Shown: positions 38,111 to 51,525 of the stretch, piece by piece
How positions within the stretch are numbered: position 1 is the first letter of the stretch
How the letters are laid out: every line of letters starts with the position of its first letter
Assembly (NCBI RefSeq): GCF_001194135.2
Contig: NC_068982.1
Coordinates: 4,266,417 to 4,330,141, forward strand
Origin: Octopus bimaculoides
Taxonomy: Eukaryota
DNA length: 63,725 bases
Direction of reading: 5' to 3'
Translations under genes and position numbers: made by a program
The notes under the pieces: model-generated
Databases searched by the model: none
What the model was told of the DNA's origin: nothing
Seen by the model: only the letters and a program-made list of their open reading frames with translations

Positions 38111-39379
38111 GATCCTAGTGAATGGAGACTCTTTATAGAGAGTTCAAAGAAGAGTCTAAAATGTGCATTACCCTATAATGGAAACTTGCTCGGTGCGCTT
38201 CTTATTGGTCACTCTGTGCACTTAAAAGAGAATTATGTTTACACAAAAGTTGTATTAGATTTACTTAAGTATGATGAACAAAAATTGGTCATATGTGTGG
38301 ATCTAAAAATGGTCAAGCTTTTACATGGCCAACACGAAGTGTATACAAAATATCCGTGTTTCCTGTGTTTATGGGATAGCCAAGCAAGAGACAAACATTG
38401 GGAAAAGAAACTCTGGCCAGTTAGGAAAAGTTTGACTGTTGGAAAGAAGAACATCATACACCAAACACTTATTGAGCGGGAGAAAATTATCTTTCCATCC
38501 CTTCATATTAAACTAAGACTAATGAAATAATTTGTCAAAGCTCTTAATGTGGAGAGTAACTGTTTCAAATTCATATGTACATTTCCTGGCCTAAGTTATG
38601 ATAAAATAACCATTGGTGTTTTTCATGGGCCACAAATCAGAAAGTTAACGAAATGCCAGAGTTTCTCGAGCTTGATGGCTGACATAGAAAAAAGAACATA
38701 GAATTCATTTGTGACTGTTGTGAAGGGACTTTTGGGAGAGTGAAAAGGCTGCAAACTACAAGGATTTGGTGGAGACATTACTTGATAGTTTTCATCTTTT
38801 AGGTTGCAACATGAGCATAAAGTTTCGTTTTCTCAATAGCCATCTCGATGAATTTCCTGCTAATCTCAGAGACGTGAGTGATGAGCATGGTGATCGTTTT
38901 CATCAAACGATCAAGATTATAGAGGAGAGACATCAAGGCCAGTGGAACACACACATGACGGCAGACGACTGCTGGAGAATTCAAAGAGCCTATGCAGACA
39001 TGAAATACTCCACATGCTTTCGAAAGCGGAAATTTGTTCCATGAATATGAAGGTATATTTATGATGGTTTGTGCTTTATCTATCATATTAGAAAATTAAC
39101 AGAATGTTAAAGGTGATGCTATCTTACATTTCATATTCTATTGACATTTATATTCTATTGACATTTATACAGTACATCATAAAATAGGGGTATGCTATAG
39201 AATGAAAACCTGAGGTGTTAAGAAAAAAATGGATGCCATATTTGAAATCAGCATCTCAAATTTAACTAAAAGCAAAAAGTGTCGACCAGTGGGTTTAGTT
39301 AAAAGTAAATCTGAAGAAAAATTCCATTACCTTATCAATAAATGTATCGTTAGTTTAAATTTACTGCAAGCTTTTCTTC

Positions 39380-40200
39380 GTTTCCGGACAGGATGTAAAA
39401 CATTCTAGATTCAAGAATATATACCAAATTTTCTTGGAATATCTTAAGAAAGTAATATGCTGAAAAATCTTCTAGAATCTTTATTCAGAGACTAACCAGG
39501 AATGGTCTTCTTCATATCCGTAATATCTTCAATATGCATCTCCCATTCCAACTGCTTCACCTGAAAGTAAAAATAAAATGAATTAAGAATTGAAAATTTG
39601 ATTGTTATGTATGTTTTCCTAAATAATTCTTCGGACTGGACATCAACTGGTTTACGGTTCCTTGCTTACAATGATCACATCTCCGCACTGTATGATCCAT
39701 TGAAAATTATTATTCCTAAGAACCTGTAACATTCCACAGCGGATATCGGAGAAATAACGAGGTAAGTAGCATTTTTCTTTGAGTATCAGTTTTGTTTTTG
39801 CTTGTATTAACTAGCTTGATATGCTTATGATTCCGTTTACAGCTGATAAAAGTTCACTTTGTGTACCATTATCAGGCAATCACGTCCTTTTCTTGTGCTG
39901 TTCTATCATGAAGTTTTGGGATCACAATCTCAACAGCCCCTTCATTGATGTTCATATGTTCTGGGTTTTATATTGAGACAATATTTGTTGTGGGTTTCTC
40001 GTACTCATCCTGCCCTCTCACCTCATTCTCGAGTTTTCTTTAGAATGACTCTGGATATCCTTCTTGGAAAGGAGTTGCTTTGATATTTATGGATTGTTCC
40101 CTCATGTCTCTGTAGATTTCTGATTGGTTTCCATTGAATTTCTTCTTAATCATTTTACTTTTAGCAGCTCTCTTCAGATATCAGAGTTTTCACTGACTTT
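39380..40200 (-). mobile_element. Degenerate R4/Dong-like RT-region fragment
   Basis: Minus-strand remnants YLKRAAK..KFNGNQSEIYRDMREQ..P and SDIR..; heavily decayed. Confidence 0.4.
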
Positions 40201-40739
40201 AATATCTTTAATATCTCCAAACATTTAAAAGAAAAATTTTTTTCACTCTTTGTTGGTGGAGACTATATTGGTCTGTTCGTATGTGATAAGCTACACGATA
40301 TGACTGAAAGTTTTCCGAAGTGTTTCGGACTTAGAGGTTTCCGTAGTTTTTCAAACTGACAGTTTCCCGTATATTGGAGATCCGTTTCCCCATTTTCAGC
40401 TATGGCACATTTTATTGTCTCGCCTTTCTTCCATCTGTATCACCAAAGTGTTCTTCAGTTATTGATAGGGCATATAAACTAGCGCTAATTTGCAAAAATA
40501 AGGAGTGAAGGCTCTACATTGTAAATATATCTCCTTCGCTTCCGTTAAACGTTGTTAGAGTCAGTACACTTGCATTTTTATTTACTCTTGTCAAACGCTG
40601 TCTTTTATGAAGGAGTTATTTTTAAAAGTGGAATAGTCTTCTCTCGAAAAATTCCATTGAAAATATCCTTGGAATGTTTAAACACTTCGTTCTGTCAATG
40701 AATGGAATATTTTCACATTTTTACTGTTGTTGCTAAATT

Positions 40740-41443
40740 CACTCACAGCATGTTGGCACTCAGCTGGAGTATGGGCCAACATAGAGCGGTAAGCTTGGTT
40801 GCCAGGCAGCCTAGGAGTAGCAGAGATCATTGTTGAGACTATGAAGCTGTGACCAGCAGGAAGGGGGCATAGCAAGCATTCTGACTGCGTCTGCACGCCG
40901 GGATTGCCCACCACATCTTTGAACAAGGTCTTAGGTTCAATTCAGATGGTTATGTGAAGATGCTGGAGACTGTGGCCAATCCCTGGCTGAAGAGGATTGT
41001 TGCGAGAAGGCTATTTATGTGACAGTAGAATTCGGCCCTTTGCCATACCTCCAGAAATGATAAGTGGTGGTCGGAGAATTTCTACGACTTTACCAGCTCC
41101 AATTTCTGGCTCCTAATTCCCCGATTGCAATCCCATAAACTACCATGTGTGGGGCACGGTTAAAAAAGATATCAACAGCTGTTCCTGAAATACCAATGCC
41201 GATATGATGGTCAGCATCAAGCAGGTGTTCGGAGAATGTCTTGGGGAGGAACGCATGCGCTTGGCTCCGGAGCCATCTTGAGGCCGTGGCGGAAGTTGAG
41301 GGTGGCTACTTTGAGGAAACTGTTATCTCCCGACCATAGTCCAGTTGGCATATTTTGATTTGTAAAATACCTTTATGTTTAGATGGGATATCGTGTTTTC
41401 GTTTCCTTTTATGCAAACTGTCAAATTTACCGTGAGCACCCTG
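40740..41443 (+). mobile_element. maT/DD37D-like Tc1-mariner 3' part with right TIR
   Basis: HIFEQGLRFNSDGYVKMLETV..PWL, NSALCH, PNSPDCNPINYHVWG; ends GTGAGCACCCTG-TA. Confidence 0.75.
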
Positions 41444-42740
41444 TACATTATCGTAGTAACTGCTATTGTAAGTCACATGATCACATTCCTATCTCGATGG
41501 AATGGAGTTCTAAAATCTACAATAATTGAACCCAGAACGCAAGATATGGCCAAAAATGTAATGAAGCAAATTTTTCCCATTGATTTAAAGATAACGAATG
41601 CCGCGTGCTTTTATACATAAAATTAAATTTACAGAAGAAAATAATAACACGTATTTTGATGGAAAAATCCATGTAAAAGACTTTCACACAAAACGTAACA
41701 CATGATGTTGGAAAGGCTTCCTATTAAAACAATAATATAACAAAATATTTTCGAAAAAAGTTTAAACCGAACCGTGAAGATTAAGAAATAATGCTACGAG
41801 GATAATGTATTTAATGACCAAAAGAAAAGAAAATGTTATCGATCTGAAGTCGTGACGCAGTAAAAATCTCTTTAAAATACATTTTTTTGTTGTAATAAGC
41901 AAGAAATTAACACTAAAACACAATACCAACTTGAATTAACCCTATAATGCCCAAAAGGATCAATATGCAAGGAAACATATATTGGATATTTTCAGCTTAT
42001 TAAAGAGGAAGGAATATGATTTATCTAATACATAAAATATTCTTAAATATATGGTTTCGCGTGTTTCACTCCTTTCACAGCGTATATGTTCGATCATCGC
42101 CTTAAGGTTTTGCCGATCATATCAATGCCAATGCTTAATTCAGCCTGACACGTATTTTATCGATTTGTATCATTAAATTACGAAACATAAAGGAACATAA
42201 CGCGAATAACAAAAGCATACAAATATTACACACACATAAATATATATATATGAGATCTCTTCAACGATGGAACTGACAACTACTTTCATCTAATTATATT
42301 TCTTAATTTTTCGACGATGGGGTTGGTAACTATTAATATCCTTTATTAAGGATATTCCTTAATTCTTTCCCTCTGAAGACGGTAACTTTGATATATAGGG
42401 AAGTCTTTGCTCAGTGGCCTATGCACAATATGCACAATTATTCTAAAAACAATTGCATCATTTCTTAATCCTTTATTACTCTAATAACTCTGCAATTTTG
42501 TTTGAATTATAAATTACATGCTCTAAAGTGATACGACATATTTTGCTTGTTTATTCTTTCATTCTAATATATATATATATTTGCACGTTCAATGATGAAC
42601 AACTTATAGCCAATCATTACTAGGACACTACAACACCACTTTTGCTTTAGTTGAAATTCAAGGCGGAGATTTAGTGGTAAACCAACTCGAACATTCATCG
42701 TACATGTCTATTACATTATGTCTATAGACGGAATTTAAAT

Positions 42741-42822
<82 letters not shown>

Positions 42823-43820
42823 TATATATGCATATATATGTATATATGTATATATGTATATGTATATATATATGTAGCAGACATTATTGTATGGATATAA
42901 AAAGGCGGGAAGGACAGTCCTATGAAGTTAAATATTTTCAATGTATTTTATGCCTCACAAGAAATGCAAGCACTCACACACAGATGTGTACATGAACGCA
43001 CAGAAGCACTGACGCACACTCAAGGAGATAGTTGCTTTGATTTCCTGGAACTCTCTTCAGTTCCAGACCAAAATAGAGCAAATGCTTGGTGTCAGTTTGG
43101 ATCAGTTCCAAATGAGAAAATGTGATAATCTGAAGAAGCAAGATATTCTCTACAATCGATATACAATTGAAGAAACGGCAGTTCTTTTCCCTGCAGAATA
43201 AAGTACAGTTGTGTGCACTTGTATAGGCATCATCAGCACAGCATTTGTCTCCATTAGCTCCGGCAGACGGGATCCTTAAAGACAGCAATGGCCGATGGAA
43301 TTTGCATAAACGAAACGACAATGCGCTAAGAGGACCAACTCGAAGTCAGCAGTGACAAGTTTTAAAGAGATAGAGATGCATTAGATGGCATGCAAGGTTT
43401 CATATATATATATATATATATATATANNNNNNNNNNNNNNNNNNNNNNNNNNNNNNNNNNNNNNNATATATATAGTGGATTTAAGCGATGATGTAATCTA
43501 CGAATGCATCCATAAAATGCTACCGAAACAGCTGTAGAAAATTTTAGATCCCCCATCTGTGTTCTTTTGTACTTACGTCACTCCTGAGTCGAATCTACGG
43601 TTTATTTAAGATTTGGTACATGCAGTTCAGTACCAACAAACGACAGCTTACTGTTGCTTTATCTGTGAACCCAAAGTAATGATATCTAGCCGGTCTTGGC
43701 ATCTTAGGCATTGGTGTGCCTAAATTCTAATGAATCTTGTAACTAATGTATATACATGTATGTGCGTGTGCGTGTGTATGCGCGCATGTGTGCATGTGCA
43801 TGTGTGTGTGTATGTGTGTA

Positions 43821-43872
<52 letters not shown>

Positions 43873-44199
43873 TGTGCTTGTATGTGTGTTTATGTAATTA
43901 TGAACGTATGTGCATGGCTGTGTGTGTGATAAAACATATAATTTAATAGTGAAGATAATGTATTTTATTAAGATAAAATTCTAACAATGGTGAAACGTGC
44001 GTAGGGAAAACATGAAAATAAATTAACTAAATGTGTTTATCGTATTTCCTCCTATTTTCGCTCTGAATATCATAAACAGTAATACTACTAAGTAAAGCAG
44101 GAACCAGACCGGTTTACTGAAACTAGACTGGACAATTATCCTCTATGTACAGCTCTAAATTCACTAGTATCAGTCGTACTTAAACTTACACACAAGAAC

Positions 44200-44245
<46 letters not shown>

Positions 44246-44320
44246 GTGGGTGTGTGTATATATATGTTTGTATGTGTGTGTATGTATAATTATATACATA
44301 ATTACACACATACATATATT

Positions 44321-44366
<46 letters not shown>

Positions 44367-44378
44367 NNNNNNNNNNTT

Positions 44379-44426
<48 letters not shown>

Positions 44427-45689
44427 CATATATGTGTGTCAGTGTCAGTGTGTAAGTGTGTGTGTGTAAATGTGCGTATGAGATGTCAATAATTGACCAT
44501 CTCCTGACAGATATCCTAATTGCTCGCATGCAATAACATTGTTCAAAGGTAAACAATCCTTAGATCTCCGCAAGCTTTCAATTTTATCGCGTTCTTGTAA
44601 TAAGTGGAATGTGTTGGAAGCAGTAAGAATTATTAGTTGGTTAAATCTGATCTGATATGTTGATTTTCAAATGTGAAAAAGCAAAAAAAAAAAAAAAAAT
44701 CCCATCCAAAACAAAGTACAAAAAAAAGAAAAAAAAATTCCCCAAAATTAAAAGAAAGAAGGAAATATTTGTCAGGAACTAAATGACTAGAAATAAAAAA
44801 AGACCCCTTTTGGTTTTTTGTTTTATTAGTGGTTTACTTGCTGCAAAACATTCTTTTTGCATAATTGATGAAATTAAGCGCAATATATTGCTTGTACTAA
44901 TTTTATTACTGTAAACCCGCGAAAAGTAAATTCTACACGGAAAATTTGAACTTGGACATAAAAAGATATAATTGGAGACTGCAAAGCATTTGATCTCGTA
45001 ACGTACCATTATTAACAGCGATCTTTCCTTTATATATGGAAAATGTTCATAACAAACGAATATATTTTTTTAATGTTGAGGATTCAAATGAACTTTTCAT
45101 AATATCAAGATTTTGTATGTCAATTTAAAGGGTCATTATTTCAAGAAAATATGCATTTAATAATAAGTGTTTGTAGTTTTTTAAACTGGGTATTAAAAGA
45201 AGTGTTGATATCGTTAATTTCTCGAAGTATACAAAGGAATAAAGAGAAGGAAAATCAAAGTAGATGTAGTTCATTGATTCTACAAGTAACATAAAATGCC
45301 TTCAAATATACGCATAGAAGAAAGCAATCAAGTGCACCAATTCATTGCACCGAGAAGAAAGCGAGAAAATTTAAAAATTGCAGATCTAAGGAGTGTTAAC
45401 GTTTGAACAACATTATTGCTTGCAAGTTATTAGGATATCTGACAGTGGTCGCACCATTATATATATATANNNNNNNNNNNNNNNNNNNNNNNNNNNNNNN
45501 NNNNNNNNNNNNNNNNNNNNNNNNNNNNNNNNNNNNNNNNNNNNNNNNNNNNNNNNNNNNNNNNNNNNNNNNNNNNNNNNNNNNNNNNNNNNNNNNNNNN
45601 NNNNNNNNNNNNNNNNNNNNNNNAAAAAAGAAGTAAGTGGAAATTTTACCGGTGAGTGTGTTAAATTGTAAGGCACTAAAAGCGAATGA

Positions 45690-47423
45690 CTCTCCCTAGA
45701 CACAACAGAATATATATCAATGTCACTACCTCCCTGCTCGCAGACCTGGGAATTCTTCTATTCTGCTGCCAGTTGTCGTAGACGTTGGTCAGCATGTGCT
45801 CGAACAAGTCTGGCATACTTTTGTAAAACTCATAGGGTAGACCATCAAGACCCGGCGACTTCTCACCGGGGCACTCGGATAGCGCCTCGATCTCCTCTGC
45901 AGCTGTAATCGGCCCCTTACAGTACTCAGCTTCTCGTGCCGAGAGATGCGGGTCACCAGCCAGAAAGTCCTGTAAGGCCTCACCATGGTCTAGCGTCCCT
46001 CTCCTCCCGAACAACTCGGCGATGTGATTGGAAAGTGCATCACACATCTCATCCTGTCCTTTGACCAAACGTCCATTTTCATCAACCAAAAGACCTGATT
46101 ATGGCATCGTTGCCACACTGGGTCTCTACCATACTGGCCCACCCGGCAACATTAATTCCCTCGCAGCCCAATGCACGTACTGTAGCCCGAACCCTGCATC
46201 CCTCATGTTTGGCTTAGAGGTGACGGTCCAAGGCCGTTTTCGCTGCCAGAATTTGGGATGCAGAGCCCAATCTCACCGCCTCTTCTAAAGCCTTAAGTAG
46301 GTTCCCTTCTATCCTAGCCTTATCTAAACTTAGCTGACGGCTAAATCTGACAGACTCAAAATGTATACCGGTTGATGCCCTTTTTACTAACTCCTTAATC
46401 CGGTTGCGGTATGCCTCACATGCCAAAATAGACTTGTTCAGTTTCCAGTAGCCGGATCCCTGTCTATGGGCACTATCTATGTTCATCCTACACTTAACCA
46501 TGTTATGGTCAGTGTAGGCGACTTGAACTAAATGTGGACAGCTAAAGCTAGATTTATCTCTAATCCTTATAACTAGCCTGTCTAAATAAGACTTGAGCTT
46601 CTCGTCGCCATTCATCCAGGTCCACATTGGGACGCTCGGGTTTTCAAGTCTGTAACGATCTGCCAGCTGAAAACGCTTAAGCAGATCGATGAGGCGTGAG
46701 TTAACACTCCTACCAGTCGAGCCACAGCTATCCAGGCGTGCATCCAGGATAGTATTGTAGTCTTCTAACACAACTAATGTCTTGGACGTCACGAGAAAGT
46801 TCTCTAGGCACCGATAGAAATCAGTTTGCTGCCTTCTTGCACAAGATGCATAAAAACCGATCAACCTGAAGGCCTTACTGCTGTATGTCACGTCGAGATA
46901 AATTAGTAAGAAACACACGAAAAAAAAGACGTAGGTTTCCCTACACAGTTCCAAATTTTTTCTTTTGTAAGCAATATAAGTTCAAATCCCACCCCTGTCA
47001 GGGGGAGGGGCGCAGCTCAACGAAGCCAAAAACAACTGAAAAACAGTTTTTTTCCCCAAAAGAAAAAAGTATAGGCTTCCTTTTTTTTCTCAGTTCAAAA
47101 ATTAATTCCTCGCAAGAGGAACAACAGCTCAAATCCCACCACTATTTGGGGGCGGGGCGCAGCTCAACAATGCCTACAAAGGCCAAATAATAACAACGTG
47201 TACTTCGTTAAAAATCCAGCGAATAAATAAATGCCAAAAGGCCACAGAAATTTTTCTATTCCCGGTATACCGGGAAATAATATACAGTTCAACAACACCT
47301 GCAAACAGACAGCAGTTCAACAATAAAAGTTTTTCACAATAATTCACAACAAATAACAAAATTTCAACAGAAAAGCAATAACTTACAGCGCACAGAAAAA
47401 AACACGAACGACGTCGTTAAACC
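45690..47423 (-). mobile_element. Internally deleted L1/Tx1-like element: 5'UTR, partial APE endonuclease, start of RT
   Basis: APE motifs AFRLIGFYA, LEDYNTILD, WTW..SYLDR, TDH, GSGYWKLN; RT-proximal KSPGLDGLPYEFYK. ORF1 and the APE N-terminus are missing; truncated before the RT core. Confidence 0.85.
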
Positions 47424-47460
47424 GGAAGCAAGTTTCTTATCACACAGCCACTCCTGCGCA
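47424..47460 (-). mobile_element. SINE family B 5' head interrupted by the Tx1-like element
   Basis: Reverse complement TGCGCAGGAGTGGCTGTGTGATAAGAAACTTGCTTCC is followed immediately by the Tx1-like 5' end. Confidence 0.75.
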
Positions 47461-48158
47461 CTGCATCGCAGCACAATTTGTTTGGTAAAACAAATATTCT
47501 GCTTAACAATCTTGTGTGATTACACACATCTACCTATGTACATGTATATATATATATATATATNNNNNNNNNNNNNNNNNNNNNNNNNNNNNNNNNNNNN
47601 NNNNNNNNNNNNNNNNNNNNNNNNNNNNNNNNNNNNNNNNNNNNNNNNNNNNNNNNNNNNNNNNNNNNNNNNNNNNNNNNNNNNNNNNNNNNNNNNNNNN
47701 NNNNNNNNNNNNNNNNNNNNNNNNNNNNNNNNNNNNNNNNNNNNNNNNNNNNNNNNNNNNNNNNNNNNNNNNNNNNNNNNNNNNNNNNNNNNNNNNNNNN
47801 NNNNNNNNNNNNNNNNNNNNNNNNNNNNNNNNNNNNNNNNNNNNNNNNNNNNNNNNNNNNNNNNNNNNNNNNNNNNNNNNNNNNNATATATATATATATA
47901 TACATATATGGTTAATGTTTACAAGTACACCGAAAAAATCGACCTTTTTTTTTTGAAATTTTTTCAGCGGAATCCTATGTTTTCGATGACAGAGATTCTG
48001 TATATGCCAAAAACTATGTTTTCAAAATTTTCAATTCCCCCTCCCCACCCCAAATTTTAAAACTTCAACTCACAATGCACACATAATAAATATATATATA
48101 TGCATATATACACACACACATACATGTAGACATTTATACATATAAAGGAATATATATA

Positions 48159-49399
48159 CAGGACACATTTTTGGGTCATTGCTTCATTTTTTGCTAATTT
48201 TGCATAATCTCTGCATAATGGCAGATCCTAAGCTTAATCAAGAAAGGAAGAGCCATGCTGTTATTGTGGCTATAAAGGCTGAGCATAGCGATTTAGTAAC
48301 ATCTCGATTTTTTGAAGTTGCCAGATCTTTTGTCTACAAAGTTTGTAAAGAACTAGAGACTGAAGATGGGAACGTATCACCAGTATCAAAGCACAAAAAG
48401 CAAGCATTCTACACGTTGTAAAATCATCAGAACACCTGAATTTATCCAGTAAGTTCAACAGACCGTTGATTACAATCTCAAAAAGTCCATAAGGTCAATT
48501 GAAAAAGATCTACATGTATAAGAAGGAACAGTCGGAAATGTCCACGAAGACATCAGATATAAGTCTCATATGATGAGGAAAGGTCAATTTGTGAAAAAAA
48601 AAAAAGCACAAGAAAATCACCACATGAGATCTAAAAGGCTCTTAAACAAACTGAAGAATCCAGCAGAAAATTTGATTTGGTTTCACTCAAACGACAAAAA
48701 CTTCGACCAAAATCAAAAAGTTAACAGAAGAAATGACAAATGATTATGTGCAGGCCCTTTTGAAGTTCCAAGTGTTATGCATTCAAAATTTCCTGCGACT
48801 GTCATTGTTTTAGGATTTGTCAGCAATGAAGGACATGTGATGCCTCCTTACTTCTTTCTACAAGACCTTAGAGTTAACTCTACCGCCTACATAGAAGCCC
48901 CGGAAATAATTGTTAAGCCCTGGATAGACACAGTGTATGCAATGAAAGACCATATGTATTTCAGTAAGACTCTGCACTATCACACATGGCTCAAGTATCA
49001 CAGGAATGAATGGCTGAAAATTTTAATGATCACATAACCCCTAACATCTAGCCTCCTAATTCCCCAGATCTCAATCCGTTGGACTATTATATGCGGCGCG
49101 TTGTTGAGTGAGAGGTCAATGAATATGCCTATAACATCAAAGATTCTTTGAAAGCTGCCATAGTCAGAGTAATGTCCAAAATGAACCAGGACAACTGGAT
49201 TTGAGCATGTAAATGATTTAGATCTCATATGGAAGCAGTTGTTGAAGCTGAAGGTGACTTTATTGAATAACATTATAGAAACGAAGGTTTATTTTTATCC
49301 TCGTAGCATTTTTTGATAAATAAAGTTATTATCTGTTATTATATATCTGTTTTTTTCCTTATAAACATAACTCGGTCCTCAAATATCTTACGCAACCTG
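48159..49399 (+). mobile_element. Near full-length maT/DD37D-like transposon, inactivated
   Basis: TA-CAGG...CCTG-TA ends; MHSKFPATVIVLGFVSNEGHVMPP, Q.DSA..H remnant, SPDLNPLDYY, EAEGDFIE*. Confidence 0.85.
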
Positions 49400-49644
49400 T
49401 ATATACAGAGGTAGATAAATGTAATCACACATGATTATTAAGCAGAGTACTTGTTTTACCAAACAAATTTTGCTTTCGTGAAATTTAAATGCTAGTCTGA
49501 GACTGGAGCATTTCAAATCAGGAGAAGCAGCATAAATTACTTGAGAATAACTATTAGCACATAAAGAATTCGGAAGAAAAAATTAACAGAGATATGTTCC
49601 CTGTAAAAAAAAGTATCGCTCAAGAAGATTCAGAGAGAGAAGGT

Positions 49645-49645
<1 letters not shown>

Positions 49646-49738
<93 letters not shown>
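49646..49738. repeat. (GA)n microsatellite
   Basis: Directly visible. Confidence 0.95.
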
Positions 49739-49740
<2 letters not shown>

Positions 49741-50057
49741 ATAACATTAAATAAATGATAACGGGAATAGCATAACATTTTTATTGCATAGCGTAACAGT
49801 GAAATACCAGCGATTAAAACTACTCAGCAACTTACTAATATAACGAATAAAATGAATAGAAATGAATAGAGGCAGGAAACAGCGACCGAATCCAATCAAT
49901 TAAATCGCAACAAACAAGGAAAATATATAATTACACCCGCTGTCTTTGTTAAAAGAAAATTTATACAATGTAAAACATGTTCACTGGGAATTACACACTC
50001 GCGCATGCACACTCTCATTTATATATATTAATCTCTGTCCATTTCTCTGTCTCTGTC

Positions 50058-50124
<67 letters not shown>

Positions 50125-50630
50125 NNNNNNNNNNNNNNNNNNNNNNNNNNNNNNNNNNNNNNNNNNNNNNNNNNNNNNNNNNNNNNNNNNNNNNNNNNNN
50201 NNNNNNNNNNNNNNNNNNNNNNNNNNNNNNNNNNNNNNNNNNNNNNNNNNNNNNNNNNNNNNNNNNNNNNNNNNNNNNNNNNNNNNNNNNNNNNNNNNNN
50301 NNNNNNNNNNNNNNNNNNNNNNNNNNNNNNNNNNNNNNNNNNNNNNNNNNNNNNNNNNNNNNNNNNNNNNNNNNNNNNNNNNNNNNNNNNNNNNNNNNNN
50401 NNNNNNNNNNNNNNNNNNNNNNNNNNNNNNNNNNNNNNNNNNNNNNNNNNNNNNNNNNNNNNNNNNNNNNNNNNNNNNNNNNNNNNNNNNNNNNNNNNNN
50501 NNNNNNNNNNNNNNNNNNNNNNNNNNNNNNNNNNNNNNNNNNNNNNNNNNNNNNNNNNNNNNNNNNNNNNNNNNNNNNNNNNNNNNNNNNNNNNNNNNNN
50601 NNNNNNNNNTATATATATATATATATATAT

Positions 50631-51195
50631 ATCGTAATATATATTTGCCAACTAAATGTGGCGGTCTCATAGAGGACGATGTTACTGTTGTTTTTAGCCC
50701 CTGGAAGACATCTCCTCCAGCTGTCTAACGACACGCTGTCTAACGACACGCTGTCTGTGTCCGATTAGTATTTGGGACCACCACATTTAGTTGGCAAATA
50801 TATTTTACGATTCCGTAATGTTACTGTTTACCTCTCGCTCAGAGATTTAATATAGCTTATTTCTCCTTTTTCGAGATCAGCGACAATTTGTCGCTGGAAA
50901 AAGCATATAATATCTTGCGAATCGAATGAGTTTTCATCACACACTGAAGACGGGTAACTAACCAGAAACTCGGGTTTGTGTTTATCACGTAAGGGTAGAA
51001 ATGAGAGCGATGACCTCCTCCTCGCAAATACTAATCGGACATAGATAGTGTGTCGTTAGCCAGCTGGGAGATGTCTTCCTGGGGCTAAAAATGACAGTAA
51101 CATCGTCTTCTATGGGACTGCCACATTTACTTGGCAAACATATTTTACGATTCCATACTGTTACTATTTATCTCTCGCTCAGATTTAATATAGCT
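50631..51195 (+). mobile_element. Family H1 unit: inverted arm plus 340-nt partial tandem with hammerhead, embedded in (TA)n
   Basis: 50631-50773 is the reverse complement of ~51025-51150; 50774-50850 repeats at 51114-51195 (period 340). Confidence 0.8.
50939..50981 (+). ncRNA. Type I minimal hammerhead ribozyme, intact core
   Basis: ACACA-CTGAAGA-cg-GGT aacta ACC-a-GAAA-CTCGGG-TT-TGTGT; perfect 5-bp stem I; GUU site after 50976. Confidence 0.75.
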
Positions 51196-51220
51196 ATATA
51201 AATAACTATATATATATAGC

Positions 51221-51292
<72 letters not shown>

Positions 51293-51351
51293 TATAAAAA
51301 TTAAAAGATAAAGAGAGCAATGGTAAGGTTGGAAAGGTATTTTATGGATAG

Positions 51352-51400
51352 AGTCTTACAGCTGTTTCTGGGAAGATCCAGTATTTCCCTTCATCGGAGA
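51352..51400 (-). ncRNA. Type I hammerhead motif (family H4), U4C variant, in a pLTR-like repeat 51300-51495
   Basis: Minus strand GTCT-CCGATGA-a-GGGA aatactggatct TCCC-a-GAAA-CAGCTG-TA-AGAC. Confidence 0.65.
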
Positions 51401-51490
51401 CAGAAAAATACCCTCCTCAACGTTAAACTAATACATCTGTTTGTTGTTTACACACCCGTCTTCGTCTTTTGTTTTTGTTTTTGTAAATTC

Positions 51491-51525
<35 letters not shown>

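Larger units (their letters stand above)
36249..39291 (+). mobile_element. Chapaev3-like (CMC superfamily) DNA transposon, pseudogenised
   Basis: TIRs CACTGGCCAACA / CACTGGTCGACA. Transposase motifs: AGDQDKSWA, IPMIWWEPKNHVNDCY, EWRLFI.SSKKSLK, TKYPCFLCLWDS, LHIKL.LMK, VSDEHGDRFHQ, DDCW; multiple stops. No matching TSD seen. Confidence 0.85.

Noticed and set aside
42367-42401. TCCCT-CTGAAGA...AGGGA
   Set aside because: Stem I is present but the GAAA/stem III half is absent; cannot be called a ribozyme.
43227-43355. Frame ASSAQHLSPLAPADGILKDSNGRWNLHKRNDNALRGPTRSQQ* with a KR site, suggestive of a neuropeptide exon
   Set aside because: Weak acceptor, no recognisable peptide family and no upstream in-frame exon identified.
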